Shown piece by piece: positions 56,875-64,000 of a DNA stretch of 64,000 bases. The stretch is taken from assembly GCF_009914755.1 (NCBI RefSeq), contig NC_060945.1. The stretch is one strand, 5' to 3'. Position numbers and translations under genes: made by a program. The stretch comes from the human T2T-CHM13v2.0 reference genome, Homo sapiens. Each line of letters begins with the position of its first letter. The first letter of the stretch is position 1. The notes under the pieces are model-generated. The model worked only from the letters and a program-made list of their open reading frames with translations, was not told the origin of the DNA and did not search any database.

Positions 56875-59800
56875 ATGTCTGCATCTAAGAACACTAGGGT
56901 CTTGTCTGGCTCTTCTTATGAACGGTCCCCCAGCCCGGACTCCCCAAGATCCATGCTAGCCTCACCCAGCTTCTCCCTCTCCCCTCTCAGAAACTCAGAC
57001 TTAAGAGGAAGCTCCTCACCAGGGATCCGGAGCTACCATTCACCATCCCCTAGGGCTTCACCACACTCACCTCTGTCATCACCAGTATCCCACAATCTCC
57101 CATTTCCCTGTCCTATCCGTGATGGACAATCCATGAAGCCATTGGGCTCTCCCGTGTCCTCCTCTGAGGATTCTACAGAGTCACCACGTTCATCAGTAAT
57201 ATACCACATGTTCCTACTGCCATCACCCAGCAGCTCACCCCCAGCTCTCTGGGAGTCTCCTGGGTCTCCCAGCTACTCTCCAAACAACCCCAGATTTCAG
57301 CTGGAGTCAGCCCCCCACACCCAGGAATCACCTGCAAACTCACGAGCCTCACGGTGCTCCTCCCCTATGTCTTTCATCTCTTCACCCCCAGGCCTCAGGG
57401 ACTCTCCTGTGGCTCCCAGTTACTCTCAAGCCATCCCCATGTTCCTGCGGGAGTCAGCCCCATGCACTCAGGAGTCCCCCAGAGACTCACAGGTCTCGGG
57501 AGAATATGAGCGCTCCCCCAGCCCTGACTCCTCAAGATTCATGCCTGCCTCACCCAGCATCTACCTCTCCCCTCCCAGGAACTCAGACCCAAGGGGCAGC
57601 TCCTCACAAGGGATGTGGAAGTACTCTACATCATCCCGCAGGGCTTCACCACTCTCACATCCGTCATCGGCAGAATTCCACAACTTTACATTTCCCTTTC
57701 CTAACCAAGCAGGACAATCACTCATGTCATTGTGTTCTCCCGTGTCCTCCTCTGGAGATTCCTCACAGTCACCCCATTCATCAATAATATACCATGTGTT
57801 CTTACTGCCATCATCCAGCAGCTCACCCCCAGCCACCAATGACTCTCCTGTCTGTCCCAGCTACTCTCCAACTACGCCCAGATTTCAGCGGGCGTCGGTA
57901 TCCAACACCCCAGAAACACCTACAAACTCACAGACCTCAGTGAGATCCTCGCCAGTCTCTCTCACGTCTTCACCCCCAGGCCTTACGGACCCTCCAGTCT
58001 CTCCCAGCTACTATCCAACCACGCGCACATTTCAGCGCGGGTCAGATCCAGGAACCCAGGGATCACCACCAAGCCCACCACTTTCACTGTGTTACTCCCC
58101 AGTCTCAAGCACGTCTTTATCTCCAACCCTCAGGGACTCTCCTGTCTGTCCCAGCTATTCTCCAACCACGCCCACGTTTCAGCGGGAGTCCGTTGCAGGC
58201 ACCCAGCAATCACCACCAAACTCACCAATTTCACTCAATTACTCTCCAGTCTCTCTCATGTCTTCACCAGCCCTCAGGGACTCTCCCATTTGTCCCAGCT
58301 ACTCTCCAACCACGCCCAGATTTCAGCTGGAAGCAGTTCCTTGCACCCAGGAATCACCACCAAACTCACCAATTTCACTCAATTACTCCCCAGTCTCTCT
58401 CATGTCTTCACCATCCCTCAGGGACTCTCCCGTCTGTCTCAGCTACTCTCCAACCACGCCCACATTTCAGCTGGAGTACCTTCGAGGCACCCCGGAGTCA
58501 CCACCAAACTCACCAATTTCACTCAATTACTCTCCAGTCTCTCTCATGTCTCCACCAGCCCTCAGGGACTCTCCCGACTGTCCCAGCTACTCCCCAACAA
58601 CGCCCAGATTTCAGCTGGAAGCAGTTCCTTGCTCCCCAGAATCAACACCAAACTCACCAATTTCACTCAATTACTCTCCAGTCTCTCTCATGTCTTCACC
58701 AGCCATCAGGGACTCTCCTGTCTGTCCCAGCTACTCTACAACCACGCCCACATTTCAGCTGGAGTCCGTTCGAGACACCCCGGAGTCACCACCAAACTCA
58801 CCAATTTCACTCAATTACACTCCAGTCTCTCTCATGTCTTCACCAGCCATCAGGGACTCTCCCGTCTGTCCCAGCTACTCTCCAAAGACGCCCACATTTC
58901 AGCTGGAGTCTGTTCCAGGCACCCTGGAGTCACCACCAAACTCACCAATTTCACTCAATTACTCTCCAGTCTCTCTCATGTCTTCACCAGCCCTCAGGGA
59001 CCCTCCTGTCTGTCCCAGCTACTCTCCAACCACCCCCAGATTTCAGCTGGAGTCAGTTCCAGGCACCCCGGAGTCACCACCAAACTCACCAGTTTCACTG
59101 AGTTACTCCCCGGTCTCTCTCATGTCTTCACCGCCAGCCCTCAGGGACTCTCCTGTGTGTCCCAGCTACTCTCCAACCACGCCCACATTTCAGCTGGAGT
59201 CAGTTCCAGGCACCCCGGAGTCACCACCAAACTCACCAATTTCACTCAATTACTCTCCAGTCTCTCTCATGTCTTCACCAGCCCTCAGCGACTCTCCTGT
59301 CTGTCCCAGCTACTCTCCAACCACGCCCAGATTTCAGCTGGAAGCAGTTCCTTGCACCCCAGAATCACCTCCAAACTCACCAATTTCACTCAATTACTCT
59401 CTAGTCTCTCTCATGTCTTCACCAGTCCTCAGGGACCCTCCTGTCTGTCCCAGCTACTCTCCATCCACCCCCAGATTTCAGTTGGAGTCAGTTCCAGGCA
59501 CCGCGGAGTCACCACCAAACTCACCAGTTTCACTGAGTTACTCCCCGTTCTCTCTCATGTCTTCACCGCCAGCCCTCAGGGACTCTCCTGTTTGTCCCCG
59601 CTACTCTCCAACCACGCCCACATTCCAGCTGGAGTCACTTGCAGGCACCCAGGAATTACCTACAAACTCAGCAGTTTCACTGAGTTACTCCCCAGTCTCT
59701 CTCATGTCTTCACCCCCAGCCCCCTGGGACTCTCCTGTCTGTCCCAGCTCCTCTCCCACCACGCCCAGATTTCAGAGGGAGTCAGCCTCCCACACTCCGG

Positions 59801-60720
59801 AATCACCTACAGACTCACAGACTTCACGGAGGTCCTCCCTGGTCTCTCTCAGGTCTTTGCCCTCAGCCCACAGGGACTCTTGTGTCTCTTTCAGCTACTC
59901 TCGAAACTTCTCTAGATTCCAGCTGGACTCAGTTCCAGGCACCCACGACACACCACCAAACTCACGAATTTCACTGACTTACTCCCCAGTCTCTCTCATG
60001 TTCTCACCCCCAGCCCTCAGGGACTCTTCTGTCTCTCTCAGCTACTCTCCAGCCATCTCCACATCACACCTGGGGTCAGCTCCCCACACCCAGGAATCAC
60101 CTACAAACTCACGGACCTTACTGCAACCCTCCCCCATTTCTTTCACCTCTTCAACCCCTGCTTTCAGGGACTCTCCTGTGTCTCCCAGCTTCTCTCCAGC
60201 CTTCCCCAGATTTCTGCCACAGTCAGCCCCAGGCACCCAGGGTTACCCTGGACACTCACAGGCCTCACGAGACTATTTCCCAATGACTTGTATCTATAGA
60301 GGGATGGCTCCCATACTTCCCTCGGTGACCTCAAACCCATCTCCACTTACACTCAGACACTCCCAGGGCCTGACAGCTACTCCCCGTTATTGTCCTTCAG
60401 CTCGAAGCCCTGACCCATCTACTAGCCAACATGATGCAGCTACCTGGCCATGTCTCCACATTTCTGGGGAGGGCCCCACACCCAGCCGCAGAAGAGCCCC
60501 TCCTGCATTCCGTCCTCACACACAGGCCTGTCCATCCACTTGCTACTGTCACACTCTTGCCAGCAGAGGAGGCCCCTGTAATGGCCGATATCACCGCCCA
60601 GTCTATCCTCACCCCACAGCTGTGCAGCGGGACCCTCCTGCTGGCCCACGTGGCTGCCACAGCCCATGCTGGCACGACGCTCCAGCATGTCGGCGTCCCT
60701 GCGGGCCACGCTACCGCTGA
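56875..60720 (+). CDS. Putative CTD-like heptad-repeat protein, type C, 1281 aa (unit 8)
   Basis: Intact ORF, 96 aa shorter than type A; MSASK start variant shared with unit 7. Confidence 0.6.
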   Translation: MSASKNTRVLSGSSYERSPSPDSPRSMLASPSFSLSPLRNSDLRGSSSPGIRSYHSPSPRASPHSPLSSPVSHNLPFPCPIRDGQSMKPLGSPVSSSEDSTESPRSSVIYHMFLLPSPSSSPPALWESPGSPSYSPNNPRFQLESAPHTQESPANSRASRCSSPMSFISSPPGLRDSPVAPSYSQAIPMFLRESAPCTQESPRDSQVSGEYERSPSPDSSRFMPASPSIYLSPPRNSDPRGSSSQGMWKYSTSSRRASPLSHPSSAEFHNFTFPFPNQAGQSLMSLCSPVSSSGDSSQSPHSSIIYHVFLLPSSSSSPPATNDSPVCPSYSPTTPRFQRASVSNTPETPTNSQTSVRSSPVSLTSSPPGLTDPPVSPSYYPTTRTFQRGSDPGTQGSPPSPPLSLCYSPVSSTSLSPTLRDSPVCPSYSPTTPTFQRESVAGTQQSPPNSPISLNYSPVSLMSSPALRDSPICPSYSPTTPRFQLEAVPCTQESPPNSPISLNYSPVSLMSSPSLRDSPVCLSYSPTTPTFQLEYLRGTPESPPNSPISLNYSPVSLMSPPALRDSPDCPSYSPTTPRFQLEAVPCSPESTPNSPISLNYSPVSLMSSPAIRDSPVCPSYSTTTPTFQLESVRDTPESPPNSPISLNYTPVSLMSSPAIRDSPVCPSYSPKTPTFQLESVPGTLESPPNSPISLNYSPVSLMSSPALRDPPVCPSYSPTTPRFQLESVPGTPESPPNSPVSLSYSPVSLMSSPPALRDSPVCPSYSPTTPTFQLESVPGTPESPPNSPISLNYSPVSLMSSPALSDSPVCPSYSPTTPRFQLEAVPCTPESPPNSPISLNYSLVSLMSSPVLRDPPVCPSYSPSTPRFQLESVPGTAESPPNSPVSLSYSPFSLMSSPPALRDSPVCPRYSPTTPTFQLESLAGTQELPTNSAVSLSYSPVSLMSSPPAPWDSPVCPSSSPTTPRFQRESASHTPESPTDSQTSRRSSLVSLRSLPSAHRDSCVSFSYSRNFSRFQLDSVPGTHDTPPNSRISLTYSPVSLMFSPPALRDSSVSLSYSPAISTSHLGSAPHTQESPTNSRTLLQPSPISFTSSTPAFRDSPVSPSFSPAFPRFLPQSAPGTQGYPGHSQASRDYFPMTCIYRGMAPILPSVTSNPSPLTLRHSQGLTATPRYCPSARSPDPSTSQHDAATWPCLHISGEGPTPSRRRAPPAFRPHTQACPSTCYCHTLASRGGPCNGRYHRPVYPHPTAVQRDPPAGPRGCHSPCWHDAPACRRPCGPRYR

Positions 60721-63628
60721 CATGGCTAGCATCACCCTCCTTCCTGGCAGTGACACTGCTGATTTGAACCCCAGTTTCACAGCTGTCATTTGTAAATAGG
60801 ACCATTTTCCCTTTTCTCTCTCCCTTCCATTCACAGGGCTTCTCATTCCCTCTGTTTCTGCCTCCGTTTCAGAGATTTACTCACCTTTTTCTCTCTCACT
60901 ATGTCTGCCGTGGTCTCCATAAGAGTGTGCCACATACAATTGCCCCATTAAAAGTCATGAATTGAGTGGATTTTAGTATACCTGTGGTTGGGCACATTCA
61001 ATTTTAATTCGCAATCCATTTTAGAAGGTTTTATCACCCCCGACCAGAGAAACACCCTGTGGACATTAGTCACTCCTCATTCTGTCTCAAACCCTCTCCC
61101 TGACCCTCAGCCCTAGGTAACAACTGCATAGAGCGATCAACCCCATATGCATAGATTTCCATATTGTGGACAGTTCCTATAAACGGAATTGCACAATACG
61201 TGAGCTTTTGTGACTGACATAACACTTTTAGCACAATATTTTCAAGATTCATCCACATTGCAGCCTTACCCACAGGGGGAAACCGCATTTTGTGGTTTCA
61301 GTAACACCGGGTGTTTTCTCCTTCCTTCCGTCTTTCCTTCCTTCCTTCCTTCCTTCCTTCCTTCCTTCCTCCCTTCCTCCCTTCCTTCCTCCCTTCCTCC
61401 CATTTCTCTCTTATTCCTTCTGCCCTCTCTCTTTCATATGCCTTAGGTGCATCCTACGTCCTGCGTCTTTTTGGGGAATCCTCGACAGGTGCTGGAAAAT
61501 TGTGTTATTGTAATTATTTACCGGTATCTCTCTTTCATGGTTCTCCATCAGTTGTAAGCATCTATTGGTTTATCCCAGGTCACTAAGTATATTTTAATTA
61601 GCTACACCTGTTTTTCTTTATACACCTGTTTCTGGAGTATAGGGTCGCATACTCATAAACCCAGTGTAACTCAGAAACGCATCTAATATTCCAATAGACC
61701 CATCATAACGTTGAAAAATCATAAATCAAACCAACTTAAGTCACGATTTGGCGCTGGATATGGGCTCCATCAATTCCATTGTATTCAATAATGCTGTACA
61801 CCATTAACAATGGCAGACTGATTGGGCGTGGATGTGGATAACATTATAAAAATCAGTTATTAGAGGGATACTTTAACCTGACGGAAGAGCTGATCTAATG
61901 GTATTAGTACAGTGATGATTATGTGAGATGTTTTGAGACAGAGTAGTACATTTGTGTATGAGATTCTGTGGCTTTTTTCACTTAGTAGGAACCTTTGTGT
62001 GTGGAAAACTGAGAAAATTGCTTTGTGCTGTAGAGTCTGGCATTCGTTGTAGATTAAAGCTTATTTTTCTGGATGTAAATCTTATTCAATAAAATACTAC
62101 TCTTTATAATAAAAAACAAAGACACTGGTGATGTGAAGTCATTATCCTCAGCAAACTAATCCAGGAACAGAAAACCAAACGCCACATTCTCACTTATAAT
62201 GGGAGCTGAAAAATGGGATCACGTGGACACAGGAAGGGGAACAACACACACTGGGGCCTTTCGGGAGGCAGAGCGTTAAGAAAAACAGCTACCGCATGCT
62301 GGGCTTAATACCTAGGTGATGGGTTGACAGGTGCAGCAAACCACCGTGGCACACGTTTACCTTAGTAACAAATCTGCACAGCCTGCCCATATATTCCAGA
62401 ACTTAGAAACGAAACGAAAGCAAAGAAAACGAGAAAGCGATAGCAAAACGCTAACGGCGAAACAGAGTTTCAAACTCAGAAAGTGAGAGACCAATGTTTG
62501 GTTCAAATCATGGTTCTCAACCCAGGTGCCATAAGGTCAGGATAAAGAATTTGATGACGTATTGTAAATAAGACATGCAGCGGAGGACCAGAAAAATCGT
62601 TCTCAACATACGTGTGGCTTCGAGTTCAACGGTGACGCTATCTACAGTGACATAGCATTAGATTCCAAAGGGCCGAGTCCCGCAAGACTGGCCTCCCACA
62701 CTAATAATAATGGGAAGCGCTACGTTGCTTTACCTGTGCTTCTCAGCAACTGGCTATAAATCAGGTTTCCACCACTCCCAGTTTTAGTTGCATTCATTTG
62801 CTGGAAGAGCTCACAGCACGCAGGGAAACACTGACATTTCCCATTTTTTGTATTTTAGCAGATATTGCAAAAACTTCAGAAAAAACTTTTGGGCCCGGCA
62901 TGTGGGGAGGGGCTCACTGCCTTCCAGGAAGTGTTATCCAGAAGCTCTCTAAACCCAGTCCTTTTGGGTTTTTATGGAGACCTCATTCTATAGGCATGAT
63001 GGGTTAAACCATAGGCTATTGGTGATCAACTCAACCTGGGGCTCTCAACCCTCCCTGGAAATTGGGGTTGAGGCTTTGCCATTCTCAGTCTGAGTAAAAG
63101 AATTTACGCAAACGGAATTTTAAAACAGATTAGCATATCTGGAAACTTAACTAGATGACGGAATTATCTGGAGCCACACCTTGATATTCCTAACCCGAGC
63201 ACCCTCATCCAAAGAATGCTCCACCCAACTGGCTCCCAAGTCTCTACGGGGTTCCAGAGCAAAAGAATGTTTATACAGCGCATATCTCCACCTTTTCTTC
63301 AAAGTCTTTTCGCTTACACGGAAAGACTTCTTCAACTGCCATGCATCAGGGTCAGGGGGAGGTCTTGTTACAACACAGATCTGCGGATCTCCGGGGCTTG
63401 ATTGTGGCAAGGATGCTGCTGGTGTCAAAACCACAACGTGGGAACCACAGAACCACTAGTTGGTTTTCAGTGTTTCAGTGCATACAATTCCTAATATATC
63501 TGGCCAAGAAAACTTGTAAGTTCTTAGATTGTCCCAAAGGTGGCGCATGAAATCAAATCAGGAGAACAGTTTCCTACGAGGTGTAGCCTGGGAACCTTGG
63601 GGGTGACTGATGGAAAGGAGGAGTGAAG

Positions 63629-64000
63629 CTCCGCCCTTTCCGCTGCGAGGCTGCGCCCGAGGCTATTTAAACCCACCCTGGCTGGCCTGTACTCAGATCT
63701 TCGCAGAGCGGAGCAGCGGCCGGAGCGTTTGGCGGACTCTGCGTGGACTTGGAGCTCACAGCGTCTTGCGACTTGGAAGCGGATTCAGAGGACAGGACAG
63801 AACACTTGGGCAAGTGAATCTCTGTCTGTCTGTCTGTCTCATTGGTTGGTTTATTTCCATTTTCTTAAGGAGCACATACCTCACACCACACACACACAAA
63901 CACACACACACACACGCACGCACTCACGCACACACACACGCACACACACACACTAATTCATTCTGCGGGTTAGGAAATTAGTAGGGGTCTCTGGGAGCTG
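63629..64000 (+). promoter_or_regulatory. Promoter and leader of the next unit (ATG projected at ~64015, outside the window)
   Basis: TATTTAAA at 63664; sequence matches the leaders of the other units. Confidence 0.6.

Larger units (their letters stand above)
1..64000 (+). repeat. Tandem macrosatellite/composite array, unit 7140-7436 bp, ~8.8 copies (ACRO1-composite-like)
   Basis: Same ORFs and motifs recur at ATG-to-ATG spacings of 7433, 7292, 7296, 7436, 7296, 7436 and 7140 bp (7140 again to the last promoter). The differences are explained by 144-bp steps, 4-bp TTCC steps and one 1-bp T-run change. Confidence 0.97.

Noticed and set aside
1-64000. The array as a pure assembly artefact; rRNA or tRNA genes
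   Set aside because: Units carry distinct, structured variants, which argues for real copies. No rRNA or tRNA sequence was recognised.

Overview
Primate (human/ape-like) genomic DNA. The whole window is a head-to-tail macrosatellite with a 7.14-7.44 kb unit: about 8.8 near-identical copies, with unit ATGs at 5546, 12979, 20271, 27567, 35003, 42299, 49735 and 56875, and the next projected at ~64015. Each unit resembles the ACRO1-satellite composite of acrocentric short arms (recognised from memory, not searched): a 144/147-bp satellite array plus L1M, MER47/Tigger-like, L1PA and MER21-like fragments, and (TTCC)n and (CA)n tracts. Each unit also reads as a complete Pol II gene: GC box, TATA box at -31, Inr, an ATG-free leader, one 1281-1377 codon ORF spanning the satellite, and AATAAA signals. 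The 147-bp monomer translates to exactly seven 7-aa units in register with the RNA polymerase II CTD heptad YSPTSPS (GTPESPP NSPVSLS YSPVSLM SSPPALR DSPVCPS YSPTTPT FQLESVP). The satellite may therefore be the coding repeat of an amplified family of CTD-like Ser/Pro-rich proteins. Five complete copies are intact and three carry Tyr-to-stop mutations. Expression and function are not shown by the sequence.
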